Below are positions 1-10,138 of a DNA stretch of 64,000 bases, in pieces (the stretch's first letter is position 1; each line of letters opens with the position of its first letter). The notes below the pieces were generated by a model that was not told where the DNA came from, made no database searches, and was given only the letters and a program-made list of their open reading frames with translations. This DNA is from an uncultured candidate division Zixibacteria bacterium (lineage in GTDB: Bacteria; Zixibacteria; MSB-5A5; GN15; FEB-12). Made by a program: the position numbers and the translations under genes. The stretch lies in contig OY760907.1 of assembly GCA_963664195.1 (NCBI GenBank), positions 1,248,001-1,312,000 of the forward strand, in the 5' to 3' direction.

Positions 1-484
1 ATCTCCATCTTTTCCGATTGACTGTGACGCATATACCGGCGACGCCTCACTCCAAGCCAGCCATACTTTTTTTCAGAAGGCGGTTGTTCAGACTCAACTC
101 AGCCACCGATTGCTTGAGCTGATCGTTCTCAGAGCGAAGGTCGCCCACCTCGGAACTGGTCGCCTCACGGGCAGTGTCACCCTGCAGGCGTTTCTTACCC
201 GCTTCCAGGAAGTCCTTGCTCCAGCGGTAGTACAGATTACTGACGATCCCCTCCCGGCGGCACAGCTGGGCTATGCTGACTTCGCCCTTGAGGCCTTCCA
301 GTACAATGCGAATCTTCTCTTCGGAGGAATACTTACGACGCGTATTACGGCGGATATCCCGTACGACCGACTCCGGACTCTGGTTCTGTTTGGCATTCAT
401 CAATGACTCTTTTCTGACAAGCCAAAGCTACAAAACCACGGCTTCACTTTCAACTCCCCTTGTCCGGATTACGCTGAAACGACA
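1..484 (-). mobile_element. IS3-family insertion sequence, left part (runs off window start)
   Basis: Minus-strand end begins TGTCGTTTCAGCGTAATCCGGACA at ~484; OrfA 47-403; A7G slippery run at 66-73 whose -1 frame continues ...RYMRHSQSEKMEI like an OrfB start. Confidence 0.9.
47..403 (-). CDS. IS3-family transposase OrfA (HTH), likely -1 frameshift into OrfB
   Basis: RRKYSSEEKIRIVLEGLKGEVSIAQLCRREGI...YYRWSKDFLEAGK is typical OrfA. Confidence 0.9.
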   Translation of the reverse strand: MMNAKQNQSPESVVRDIRRNTRRKYSSEEKIRIVLEGLKGEVSIAQLCRREGIVSNLYYRWSKDFLEAGKKRLQGDTAREATSSEVGDLRSENDQLKQSVAELSLNNRLLKKSMAGLE

Positions 485-652
485 CAGGAGTAGCCCCAGC
501 AGTATTGCAACAAGGTGCTGACTCCACTTTTGGCTTGCAAACCACTGAAACCAGGATCCTCGGGAAATCACATTGATGTACTCGATGATGAGCATCATTA
601 GGAAGACGAACCCGGTAATGGACAAGGCATCGTATATCAAATCTGCCATCAT
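485..652 (-). pseudogene. 5' fragment of putative heavy-metal/manganese exporter-like membrane protein, interrupted by IS3
   Basis: ITGFVFLMMLIIEYINV N-terminus; expected LGATPG motif is recovered by adding one G to the G-run at ~495; IS end follows immediately. Confidence 0.6.
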
Positions 653-829
653 AATTCCACCTGGGATCCAATTCTCTGATGCCTAGTCATCCGAGCCCAC
701 ACTCAAACATCACAGGACGACATCCCCGCATACGCAGTAATGAGTGCGCATTGCAGAACAAGGCCGCTAAGTTGTGGCTTAACGGCTTTGCTCTGCTCAA
801 TCCTGTCAGACACAATTGGCGGCTCACGA

Positions 830-1021
830 CTAGTCGTTGCGCGTAAACTGAAGATCTTTGCAACGCCAGCAGCCTTGCTCCTCGAAGGCTTTCTTGGGGT
901 CAACTCCCTTGTCACAAAGCCACATGCAGCCGTCTTCGTCGAGCATTACCTGCATAGGACGGGCGCCGGGATGGTAGATACCATGACCCAATTCCGGTTT
1001 TTCTTGTTTCTTCTCAGTCAT
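830..1021 (-). CDS. small Cys-containing hypothetical protein
   Basis: Strong RBS (AAGGAGG), 63 aa, WLC...GCWRC motif. Confidence 0.75.
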   Translation of the reverse strand: MTEKKQEKPELGHGIYHPGARPMQVMLDEDGCMWLCDKGVDPKKAFEEQGCWRCKDLQFTRND

Positions 1022-1080
1022 TTTTAATACCTCCTTAAGGCATCACAGTGATTTGAAGTGTTAGAGCATATCATGTTTTC

Positions 1081-1434
1081 CTAGTAGTTCCTGGGGCGCG
1101 GACCCGTCGCTTCGGATCCAGCCAGATCTATCATCAGTTGATTGTAGTCGCCGCGACTAGTTTCGACGAACACCCGCGTGTTGCCGACAACAACCACTGA
1201 GTATTTGCTGCCCCACACGGTCCAACCGACCAGCGAACCATACTCACGAGGCATCTGATCATTAAGAGAATCCAGAAACCCGCCGCTGGCCCGATTCTGT
1301 TGGGCACATAGTGCGGCGCTTTCCATCAAGTCCTCAGGGATCTCGCCAACCTTCCGAATTACCTTTCCGTCGTCGGAGAATTGTCCGGCAGCGACTACTC
1401 CTTCGATTTCCATCAAGCGATCGAGGCCTATCAT
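1081..1434 (-). CDS. DUF2173-like (roadblock-type fold) protein
   Basis: LDRLMEIEGVVAAGQFSDDG N-terminus and GW...G.KYSVVVVGN; RBS AAGGAG. Confidence 0.7.
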   Translation of the reverse strand: MIGLDRLMEIEGVVAAGQFSDDGKVIRKVGEIPEDLMESAALCAQQNRASGGFLDSLNDQMPREYGSLVGWTVWGSKYSVVVVGNTRVFVETSRGDYNQLMIDLAGSEATGPRPRNY

Positions 1435-1476
1435 ACTTCGCTCCTTTCTTCAGTAATCTCTTCTGGTCTGGTCGAA

Positions 1477-1493
1477 TGCACATGACGTGCCAA
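1477..1493 (-). promoter_or_regulatory. sigma54 (-24/-12) promoter
   Basis: TTGGCACGTCATGTGCA upstream of the DUF2173 gene and downstream of a sigma54 activator gene. Confidence 0.7.
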
Positions 1494-1673
1494 TCGCACA
1501 CACAAACTCTGTGCGACTACCCATCTCATTCAGCAGCAGGTAGATACTCACAGAGTAATGCCGCGTGATCGCATATGGACGTCAGGAAGAAATCTTGAGA
1601 CCGTGCTGATACGCACGATAAAGAAGGAGAGAGCTCGCAGATTTGCACGGCACGTCCTGCCGAGGATTGTTCC

Positions 1674-3026
1674 TTATTCTCGATCTTTTGGCAGCTTCAG
1701 ACCAAGCTTCTTGATTTTTCTGTAGAGTGTAGAGGGGTTGATACCGATTTCAGCAGCCGCATCTTTTCTGGACCAATTGTTGCGCTTTAGTGCCCCAATC
1801 AGGAAAAGCGCCTCCATCTCGGCAAACGTACCTGCAATCTCAACTGCTGGCACCGATCTCTCACCCTGCAAGTATCTTGGGAGATGTTCAGGTCGGATTA
1901 TTCCACCACCACACAGTACCGATGCATGTTCGACGATGTTCTCAAGTTCGCGAACATTTCCGGGGAAGTCATGGTTTAGCAATAGGCCTAGAGCCGGGGG
2001 AGAGAATCCTGGTACGTTCTTCAGACGTAGACGGTTAAACCTATCGATAAAATGATCCACAAGCAGGGGGATATCTTTTCTCCTCTCTCTCAAGGATGGC
2101 AACCGAACGCGCATGACGTTGACGCGATAATACAGATCACTTCGGAAGCTGCCCGCTTCCACAAGGCTGTCCAATCCCTTGTTTGTCGCTGCAACTATCC
2201 GAGCGTCCGCCGGAATAGACGCGGTACCGCCCAGCGGTTCAAACATCTTCTCTTGAAGTACGCGCAGCAACTTGACCTGCATAGCCGGAGAGACGTCGCC
2301 AATCTCGTCAAGCAGCAGGGTTCCGCCTTTTGCCAATGCGAAACGCCCCGCCTTGTCTCTCTTGGCGTCTGTGAAAGCACCGGCGACGTAGCCAAAGAGC
2401 TCAGACTCAAGGAGGTTGTCAGGCAGCGCTCCACAGTTCAGGGCAACAAATGGGCCCTCTTTCCGGGGACTGAGGCTGTGTATCGCCCTGGCTACAAGTT
2501 CCTTTCCGGTTCCGCTTTCACCTTCGATGAGAACCGTGCTTTCGCTCTCAGCTACGGCTGGCAGAATGTCAAAGAGTTCCCGCATATTCTTGCTGCGGCT
2601 GATCATGTCCTCAAAGACAAACTTCGACTCATGTTCCTTGCGCAGTTGTCTGAGCAGGTCGAGATCGCGTAGAGTTTCTACACCTCCAATTACAGTTCCA
2701 CGAGCATCTTTCAACAGTGTTGCTGCAATGCCTACCGGGACACGCCTCCCATCTCTATGAGTAACACAAACCGGTCTATTGACAGGCGAGTTATTGTCGT
2801 TCATGACACGTTTGAGAGGGCAACTGTCATCGCACACGTTGGTGCGAAATATCTCCCAACAGTGTTTTCCCAGTGCTTCGTCCAGGGAATAACCGGTGAT
2901 GCGCTCGGCGGCACGATTCATAAACGTAATACGCCTGTCCAGATCTACCGCAAGCACCCCGTCGGACATGCTGTCGGCGACTGCGATAAGCATGTCACAA
3001 TGGCACTCATCCGGCTTGTGTTTCAT
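1674..3026 (-). CDS. PAS-domain sigma54-dependent transcriptional activator (bEBP)
   Basis: N-terminal PAS, Walker A GESGTGKE, GAFTDA, LLDEIGD, FPGNVRELEN, C-terminal Fis HTH. Confidence 0.95.
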   Translation of the reverse strand: MKHKPDECHCDMLIAVADSMSDGVLAVDLDRRITFMNRAAERITGYSLDEALGKHCWEIFRTNVCDDSCPLKRVMNDNNSPVNRPVCVTHRDGRRVPVGIAATLLKDARGTVIGGVETLRDLDLLRQLRKEHESKFVFEDMISRSKNMRELFDILPAVAESESTVLIEGESGTGKELVARAIHSLSPRKEGPFVALNCGALPDNLLESELFGYVAGAFTDAKRDKAGRFALAKGGTLLLDEIGDVSPAMQVKLLRVLQEKMFEPLGGTASIPADARIVAATNKGLDSLVEAGSFRSDLYYRVNVMRVRLPSLRERRKDIPLLVDHFIDRFNRLRLKNVPGFSPPALGLLLNHDFPGNVRELENIVEHASVLCGGGIIRPEHLPRYLQGERSVPAVEIAGTFAEMEALFLIGALKRNNWSRKDAAAEIGINPSTLYRKIKKLGLKLPKDRE

Positions 3027-3054
3027 TTCCCAATACCTTTGGTAAGCCTATACC

Positions 3055-3576
3055 TCAGTCAGCAAGGGTAAGGTTCTGCGGCTCAATGTTCAGGCCAAGC
3101 TCCAGACCGCCAATAGTGGCAACAATCCCTGTTTCGTTCCAGTTGTGTGGTCCTTCGATCTTCACGTCCCTTATCTCCTTGACGCTCCTCAAGGCGGCTC
3201 TAATGTGGTCGTCCGAAACCACTCTGTCTTCCAGCATCGGACCTCTCTCGATCATGACTTCGCCGGTACTGGTATCTGCCTGTACTCTCAGGTCCAGACC
3301 GTACGTATGGGTGGAGTGCATCAGGGCAACTTCTGCTACCGATGCAAGGTGCAGATCTCGGACTATCTTCAGGGATCGATTGAAATTGTTCCTTTCCGAT
3401 CTCAGATGCGACCAGCTCAAGTGCGTCGTCAATAACCAATCTGTGGAGATTCAGAACTATGTCGAACAAGACAGGATCCCTGGTATCAACATCGTAGAGG
3501 AACTGCTCTAGCCTTAAATCCCTCTGCCAGTTTGGAAGCCGCACTCAGCAAACCTCGAAATGGCTATAGCGAACAT
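3055..3576 (-). pseudogene. remnant of cytidylate kinase-like family protein (internal deletion plus frameshift)
   Basis: N-terminus MFAIAISRF at 3576, then FLYDVDTRDPVLFDIVLNL in another frame, then frameshift near 3370 into SLKIVRDLHLASVAEVAL. Confidence 0.55.
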
Positions 3577-3593
3577 ATTTGTTCACCTTGCTT

Positions 3594-3968
3594 CTAATAA
3601 CTTAGCGTGGCACTTGCCTCAAGAAGTTCCATTACGACCCTGGCTGCCTTGATGGGCTGTGCGGTTTCAACCAGCATATCAGTGGATATCTGACGTTCCT
3701 GAATGCACGGACTGCAGACCAGAAGCGCTCCTCCCAGTTCTACGAAGGAATCAACAAGTTCCTTCAGGGGTGGAAGGCCAGCCGCAAACACGTGTTCATA
3801 ACAGCCCTTCTTAGCCAAGGTCACCGCGGTTCCTTGAAGGATCACCACTGCGTGAGTATCCATGGCTAGCGATGCGTTAGCCAAAATGAACGGCAGACAG
3901 GCCCTTTCAGGATCCTCACACCCGTGAGTGGCAATGATGACTATCTTCTCAGTGGTTTCTTCACCCAT
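3594..3968 (-). CDS. DsrE-family sulfur carrier protein
   Basis: ATHGCEDPERACLPF...LLVCSPC motif. Confidence 0.9.
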   Translation of the reverse strand: MGEETTEKIVIIATHGCEDPERACLPFILANASLAMDTHAVVILQGTAVTLAKKGCYEHVFAAGLPPLKELVDSFVELGGALLVCSPCIQERQISTDMLVETAQPIKAARVVMELLEASATLSY

Positions 3969-4992
3969 TAGTAACGACCTCGTTTTCTCGGTTTGTGCTA
4001 TGTTCGGCAGGTAGTGACCCTAATGCATCAGTATCACAAAATGCCCCTACAAGGTATTCAGAGATGTCCTTGACATCAGTGTTCATGCTTTTCGCCGCAT
4101 GCTTGAGATTCACTAAACAGATAGGACACATGGCTACAACATTGCCTCCGGTAGCTGCGAGTTGATCCATCCTTTTGCGGGCAATTGCCTGCGCTTTGCT
4201 AGGAAAGAACGACTCTATCGGTCCGCCGCAGCAATGCGTCAGCTTTCCGGCGTTTTCCGGTTCGTTGATGGTTGCTCCCGCTTTTGTGAGCAACTGTCGT
4301 GGTTTCATGACTACATCTTCGTAGCGAGCATACACGCAGGAATCATGAATCGTTACATCCAGATTCAACATCCTCGATGCATTGATATCGCTATTGGCCA
4401 ATACCTCCAGGTAGCTCTTTACCTCCAGGTCATAGTCTTTGCAGTATTCCGGGTAAACAGACCGAAGCATATTGGTTGTGTGTGGATCCACAGTGATAAC
4501 AGTCTTTACTCCGTTACGTTTGAAAACTTCGACCACTCGACGAGCGTGCTTCACGAAGGCGTCATCGACACCCTCGTCGTGGATCAGAGCCCCCGAGTAC
4601 ATCTCTTCTTCGTAGAGATACCCGAAACCAACCCCTGATGCCTGCAATAGCCGTGCGATGTTACGCAGGATATTGTTGTAGTGCTCTGTCTCTTGCGGAT
4701 CACTTCGAGCCATAAACCAGGCCAAGTTGACAATTCGGTTGGCGAACCTGCCCAAACCAAAGAACCTGGTTATCCAGGAGTTTTCAATCATCGCCATTTT
4801 TGCAGCCAAGGCAGAGATAGCAGGGATCAACTGATACATATGACCGGTGTAGATAACGGTCTTGCCACCCCTGGGTATATCCAATCCCTGTGTCCACTTG
4901 ACCGTGGCGCGAGGCGATAGCCGCAGCACACTACCGCGCTTCAGAAGATTGTCCACTAGTATTCCCAAGACGTGTTTGGTAGGAAGTGCCAT
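3961..4992 (-). CDS. CCG-domain Fe-S protein (HdrB/HdrD-like)
   Basis: C-terminal HDSC...HCCGG...MCPIC; N-terminal CCG domain degenerate. Confidence 0.85.
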   Translation of the reverse strand: MALPTKHVLGILVDNLLKRGSVLRLSPRATVKWTQGLDIPRGGKTVIYTGHMYQLIPAISALAAKMAMIENSWITRFFGLGRFANRIVNLAWFMARSDPQETEHYNNILRNIARLLQASGVGFGYLYEEEMYSGALIHDEGVDDAFVKHARRVVEVFKRNGVKTVITVDPHTTNMLRSVYPEYCKDYDLEVKSYLEVLANSDINASRMLNLDVTIHDSCVYARYEDVVMKPRQLLTKAGATINEPENAGKLTHCCGGPIESFFPSKAQAIARKRMDQLAATGGNVVAMCPICLVNLKHAAKSMNTDVKDISEYLVGAFCDTDALGSLPAEHSTNRENEVVTNG

Positions 4993-4995
4993 AAT

Positions 4996-5307
4996 CTAAT
5001 CCCTCGACAGTCCGAAAATGGTTCGATTGAAGTAGCCTCGCAAGATACGCACGTTTTCAGTGATCTTTACTCCAGCGGGACAGTTTTCCTCGCACATACG
5101 GCACATCAGGCAGGAAAATATCGTCTCCTGATTTTCTATAATCTTCTCTTCTACGCCAAGGACCGCATATCTAAACAGCTGCCTCGGCAGCAGGTCCAAC
5201 CCCACAGGGCAGACGGCCGTGCATACCCCACAATTCATGCAAGCAGCAGCATTAAACGACTTGGAAGAGCGCAATTCGTCAACGAACTTTGTATTTACAG
5301 CGGACAC
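4996..5307 (-). CDS. 2x[4Fe-4S] protein, HdrC-like
   Basis: CMNCGVCTAVCP and CLMCRMCEENCP. Confidence 0.9.
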   Translation of the reverse strand: MSAVNTKFVDELRSSKSFNAAACMNCGVCTAVCPVGLDLLPRQLFRYAVLGVEEKIIENQETIFSCLMCRMCEENCPAGVKITENVRILRGYFNRTIFGLSRD

Positions 5308-5316
5308 AACTTCTCC

Positions 5317-5556
5317 TTACAAAACGGGCTGGTACCTGTAATATCCTTCACCATCTCGTTTGCCAACCTCTTCAATAGATCCATATCTCCACATCGCCAT
5401 CATCCAGAACATAGCATTGTTGGCTGAACACTCAAGTGCGTCAGCTACTTCCGGTACTGTTCTGGGGCTCTCATTCAGTAGAGAAAGGATTCTCTCTCTC
5501 ATTGCCATTTCATCCCTCATCGCCTCCGCAATATTCCGATCAACTAGATTGTTCAT
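5317..5556 (-). CDS. small winged-helix protein within the hdr cluster
   Basis: RILSLLNESPRTVPEVADAL wHTH pattern; translationally coupled to hdrA. Confidence 0.75.
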   Translation of the reverse strand: MNNLVDRNIAEAMRDEMAMRERILSLLNESPRTVPEVADALECSANNAMFWMMAMWRYGSIEEVGKRDGEGYYRYQPVL

Positions 5557-7280
5557 CAGCCAACCTCTTTGATTAGGGAGTCAATAGTTGCAATTATCTG
5601 GGCATCTGTATACCCTTCCACGTCAATCGCGTCGTGTGGGCACATCGGCACACATGCTCCACCGCCTTTGCACAGAGCAGGAATAACCTGCGCCACCTCT
5701 TTGCCATCCTTGGATACTTTTTCAATGGCATCGTATGGACATGCCTTTGTGCATTCATCGCACCAGGAGCACTTATCAGCGTCGACATTTGCTATGAGCG
5801 GTTCAAGATCAACATAACCCTTCATCAACAGTGCTGCGCTCTTCGATACGGCGGCCAACGACGACGCCACACTTTCCGCAAGGGTCTTGGGACCCTGAGA
5901 TGCCCCGGCGATGAATACTCCGTCAATGACTGTTTCAACGGGCCTCAGCTTGGGGTGGATTTCATTGAAGAATCCGTCCATTCCGACAGGAAGCTTGAGT
6001 ATGTCGATGAGATTCTTGTTCTCTCGAGGCACCATACCTGTCACCAATACTACCAGATCAACATCAATGTCGAATTCTTCTCCTTGAGTTAGCTGATCGC
6101 GAACTGTGACGCGTAGTTTATCACCCATAAGCTTCACGGTGGGAGGATCATCGTCGGCGTACTTGAGAAAGGCGGAGCCACTATTGAGGGCATCGAGATA
6201 CAGCAGTTCGTACTTCCCATAAGTTCGCATATCACGATACAGATGAAATTGGTGCGCCGCTGTATCCTTCTTGTGAACGTCTAGTGACGTATGTACGGCC
6301 GCCGTGCAGCAGTACCGTGAGCAGTATAGATTTGGGTGCTCTTTATCCCTCGATTGCCTGCTACCTACACAGTAGACATAGGCGATGTCCGTGACTGCTC
6401 GTCCCCGGTATGTGATGGACCCGTTTGATTGATCCAGCTGTCGCCTAAACTCCGGGAGTGTTACTACACCATGCTGTCCGTAACCGAACTCGCCCTCGGA
6501 TGGTTGGTAGGAATCGAAGCCCGTTGCAACAATGATCGTTCCAATGTTTAGAGTGATAGTCTCCTGATTAGTAATCTGGATAACCACAGAAAAATCGCCT
6601 ACATTGCCACTCTTCTCTTTCAGTTCGGCGCTAGTAAAGATAGTGATATTGTCTTTGCTCCTCGCCTCTTCAAAAAGATCATTTACGAGAGCTGAACCGT
6701 TACGATCATTCGGAAACATACTGCCGAGCTTTCCTGTCCACCCACCGACTTCGGCCTCTCTTTCGATAACGAACACAGAAAAGCCCATATCAGAAAGGGA
6801 GAGTGCCGCACGCAACCCGGCTGCTCCGGCTCCGATGACGAGTACCTTTGGAATCGTTTCGATTCTCATTGTTGTCAACGGAGCTGTCAGAGCACATTTG
6901 GCAATGCCCGCTCTCACGAGTCGGATACCCTTTTCAGTTGCTCGGTCTATGTCGTGTTGATGAACCCAGGAATCCTGCTCCCTGAGATTTACTTGCACGT
7001 ACTGATACGGATTCAACCCGGCCCGCTCAGCCATCGCGCGAAAAGTGAAGAGGTGGAGTTTTGGCGAACATGACGCTATCACCACACCGTCAAGATTGTT
7101 TGTCTTGATGTCCTCTATCATCTCTTCCTGGGCGGCATCCGAACACGCAAACATAGTTGTCTTGCATACAACTACACCCTTGTCGCCGACTACACCCTCC
7201 CGAACCTTCTCTACATCCACATAGTCCGAAATGTTGCCACCGCAGTGGCAAATGTACACGCCGATTCTTCTATCCGTCAT
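5556..7280 (-). CDS. hdrA: heterodisulfide reductase subunit A family protein
   Basis: IGVYICHCGGNI, SCSP, GAGAAG FAD motif, CVGSR, YCSRYCC, HPKLRPVET, C-terminal ferredoxin. Confidence 0.92.
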   Translation of the reverse strand: MTDRRIGVYICHCGGNISDYVDVEKVREGVVGDKGVVVCKTTMFACSDAAQEEMIEDIKTNNLDGVVIASCSPKLHLFTFRAMAERAGLNPYQYVQVNLREQDSWVHQHDIDRATEKGIRLVRAGIAKCALTAPLTTMRIETIPKVLVIGAGAAGLRAALSLSDMGFSVFVIEREAEVGGWTGKLGSMFPNDRNGSALVNDLFEEARSKDNITIFTSAELKEKSGNVGDFSVVIQITNQETITLNIGTIIVATGFDSYQPSEGEFGYGQHGVVTLPEFRRQLDQSNGSITYRGRAVTDIAYVYCVGSRQSRDKEHPNLYCSRYCCTAAVHTSLDVHKKDTAAHQFHLYRDMRTYGKYELLYLDALNSGSAFLKYADDDPPTVKLMGDKLRVTVRDQLTQGEEFDIDVDLVVLVTGMVPRENKNLIDILKLPVGMDGFFNEIHPKLRPVETVIDGVFIAGASQGPKTLAESVASSLAAVSKSAALLMKGYVDLEPLIANVDADKCSWCDECTKACPYDAIEKVSKDGKEVAQVIPALCKGGGACVPMCPHDAIDVEGYTDAQIIATIDSLIKEVG

Positions 7281-10066
7281 TTACCAACTCTCATTCTCTC
7301 AAGGTATGCGGCGGCCTGAGCCACGGCTGCGCCCGAGTGGAGAATACTATCAGGAATGTCTCTGGGGGCAGAGGCTGCTCCAGCCACAAACACACCGTCG
7401 ATGCTGGTTCTACCCGGGTTTGTGTCTTCGTCTACTTCGCGCACATACGCATGTGCGTCTAGATCAAGATTGCTCTTCTTGAACATATTCGGGGCATCAA
7501 GATTCGGAGAGAACCCGGTGGACAGCACGACCAAATCGTGTTCCATGTGTTTAAGACCGCCGTCTCCATCTATGGCCTCGAACTGCACGTCCAGATTGCC
7601 ATTGTCCAGTTCACCGATTTGAGCTACTCGTCCCTTGACGAAATAGACTCCCATTCCCCTGGCCTGTTCGTAGAACTCGTCGTAACCCTTACCAAAAGCA
7701 CGAATATCAATGTAGTAAATGGTGATATCCGCCAGCGGAAGAGATCCCATGACCAGTTGAGCCTGCTTAATGGAGTACATACAGCAAACTCGAGAACACA
7801 GTGCGTTATCTATGCTCTGGTCACGGGAGCCGGCACACAGCACGTAGGCTATGTTATCAGGCGCCTTGCCGTCCGAGGGTCTGATAACACCATTATAGGG
7901 ACGGGTAGGGGCTAAGATGCGATCCATCTGCATTGCTGTTATAACATTCGGGAACTTACCATAACCATACGTCGGTTTGCGATGAGCATCGAAAAGATTA
8001 AACCCGGTTGACACGATAACAGATTTCACGTCAATGGTTTCCTCTTCATCCCGCAGGTCAAAGTCGATGGCGTGCGCCGGACAGGCCTTTACACATTGAT
8101 GACATTCAGAGCAGACGCCGCAATCCAGACACCGATTCGCACCGTAGCGAGCTTCCTCTTCAGTAAAGGGGATCTCAACCTCGACCATACTACTAACCCT
8201 CTGGGATACGGGAAGCTCCTTCTTTTCAGTTGGGATGCGCTCCGATATCGGTGCGCGAGGTGTTTCTAAGCCTACAATAGGGAGTAACTGCTTGTGACCG
8301 GAGCCGTTGCCATTTCCACTGCCATTTGAGTTTGAGCGTGATAGAACCGAAGTTGCATTAACCATCGGAAGCCTGTTGTCAAACGTGATGCCACTAAGCG
8401 ACTCGCCTTTGAGCAAACGATCAATGTAGAAGGCCGCCCGTTTTCCCTGACCGATGGCACTGACAATCATTGATGGCCCAGAGACAGCATCACCTCCAGC
8501 GAAAACTGAGGGCATTGATGTTTCGAGTGTTTCCTCGTTCGCTTGAATGGTCCCGTTGTAATCGAGATCAAGCTCTTTGGCAAACGGCGACGTACTGGGC
8601 TTGAGGCCAATTGCAAGAATCACCAAATCAACAGCAGTACGTTTTTCAGAATCGGTAACGGGAATAGGTCGCCGCCGCCCACTGTCATCCGGCTCACCGA
8701 GCTTCATTGTGATGCTTTCAACCGCCTTCAGCTGACCGTTCTCTCCAATGAAGCGCACAGGATTAATTAACGTTTGCAACATGACGCCCTCATCTAAAGC
8801 CGCCTCGACTTCCCAGTCATGAGCAGGCATTTCCGTTCGACTTCTTCGGTACTGTATGATGACTTCCTCAGCACCCAATCGAATTGCCACTCTGGCCGGA
8901 TCGATGGCCGCATTGCCGCCACCAACCACCATTACGGTCTTCCCTTTCAGGTCTACGCTTTCCGGCGAGTTTGCCTGCTTTAGAAAAGCCATACAATCGG
9001 TAACACCCTCGAGGTCTTCGCCCTCTATGCCCATCTTCATTCCTTCCATAGTTCCCAGAGCCAGAAAGGTGGCATCAAATCCCTGCGACTTCAGTGAATC
9101 AATGGATGAAACTGGGGAGCCTGTCTTGATTTCAATGCCAAGAGCGGTGATGTTCTTGATGTCTCGATCAACCACGTCTTTCGGCAGCCGGTAGGCGGGT
9201 ATGCCATAACGTAGCATTCCTCCGGGCTGGGCGGCAGACTCAAATATGGTCACATTATAACCGCGTCGCCCCAGATGATAGGCAGCCGATAGACCTGTCG
9301 GCCCGGAGCCGACTATAGCAATATTCTTGTCCGGTATCTGTTCCGGGGGACCGTATTCTGGCTCCGGATGACTTTCGTAGTATCGGTCGACCATGAACCG
9401 TTTGATCGCCCGTATCGGCACCGTACCTTCAAGGTCACCGCGCGTGCATTCCCCTTCACAGGGAGCATAACAGGCTCGACTAAGGCTACCGGGCAGGGGG
9501 GCATCCTCCATATGCAGGTGAAAGGCCTCCTCAAATTTGCCAGCGCGGACCAACGATACATAACCGTGAGCTTTTACACCTGCCGGGCATGAGAACGTGC
9601 ATGGAGACGTCCCGTCCCTTACCATAACTGCCTTCTTGGGAACGGCCTGAGGAAACGGAATATGGATTGCACGATGGGCGGCCAGCTCGAAATTGAACGG
9701 ATCCGGTTTCACAACTGTACAGACTTGCTCACATTCACCACATCCGGTACACGCAGCTGAGTTAACGAAAGTGGATCTCTTGTGGAGTTTGACCTTGAAT
9801 CCGCCCCTGTCCGTATTGGTGATCTCATCAATGTGGCTTGATGTTGCAATAGTGATATTGGGGTGGTGAGCAGTGGATGCCATCTTAGGAGTGGAGATGC
9901 AACTGGCGCAGTCAAGAGTCGGGAATACCTTGCTGAGTAAGACCATCTTGCCACCTATGCTGGCTTCCTTTTCTACCAGCAGCACATTATAGCCCATGTC
10001 TCCAAGGGTCAGTGACGACTCCATCCCAGCAATACCACCGCCGACAACTAATACGTCATAATTCAT
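7277..10066 (-). CDS. large HdrA-like flavoprotein with inserted GltD/NfnB-like NAD(P)H module (HdrL-type)
   Basis: GGGIAG, KVFPTLDCASC, inserted CTFSCPAG...GSGPTG...GGGNAAID...FAGGD module, then CAGSRD...CSRVCCMYS; start set at MNYDVL after GAGG. Confidence 0.9.
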   Translation of the reverse strand: MNYDVLVVGGGIAGMESSLTLGDMGYNVLLVEKEASIGGKMVLLSKVFPTLDCASCISTPKMASTAHHPNITIATSSHIDEITNTDRGGFKVKLHKRSTFVNSAACTGCGECEQVCTVVKPDPFNFELAAHRAIHIPFPQAVPKKAVMVRDGTSPCTFSCPAGVKAHGYVSLVRAGKFEEAFHLHMEDAPLPGSLSRACYAPCEGECTRGDLEGTVPIRAIKRFMVDRYYESHPEPEYGPPEQIPDKNIAIVGSGPTGLSAAYHLGRRGYNVTIFESAAQPGGMLRYGIPAYRLPKDVVDRDIKNITALGIEIKTGSPVSSIDSLKSQGFDATFLALGTMEGMKMGIEGEDLEGVTDCMAFLKQANSPESVDLKGKTVMVVGGGNAAIDPARVAIRLGAEEVIIQYRRSRTEMPAHDWEVEAALDEGVMLQTLINPVRFIGENGQLKAVESITMKLGEPDDSGRRRPIPVTDSEKRTAVDLVILAIGLKPSTSPFAKELDLDYNGTIQANEETLETSMPSVFAGGDAVSGPSMIVSAIGQGKRAAFYIDRLLKGESLSGITFDNRLPMVNATSVLSRSNSNGSGNGNGSGHKQLLPIVGLETPRAPISERIPTEKKELPVSQRVSSMVEVEIPFTEEEARYGANRCLDCGVCSECHQCVKACPAHAIDFDLRDEEETIDVKSVIVSTGFNLFDAHRKPTYGYGKFPNVITAMQMDRILAPTRPYNGVIRPSDGKAPDNIAYVLCAGSRDQSIDNALCSRVCCMYSIKQAQLVMGSLPLADITIYYIDIRAFGKGYDEFYEQARGMGVYFVKGRVAQIGELDNGNLDVQFEAIDGDGGLKHMEHDLVVLSTGFSPNLDAPNMFKKSNLDLDAHAYVREVDEDTNPGRTSIDGVFVAGAASAPRDIPDSILHSGAAVAQAAAYLERMRVGK

Positions 10067-10138
10067 GTACCAAAACCTCTCGAAGAAGGGTCGGTTTCGC
10101 ATGCTGTGAATCTATTCACATTCGTGTGGAAAACTTCA

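Noticed and set aside
3545..3547. In-frame TGA after Cys (FEVC*VRLP) as a second selenocysteine
   Set aside because: The family-like N-terminus (MFAIAISR) is in a different frame, the locus looks like a deleted pseudogene, and I see no convincing hairpin after the UGA
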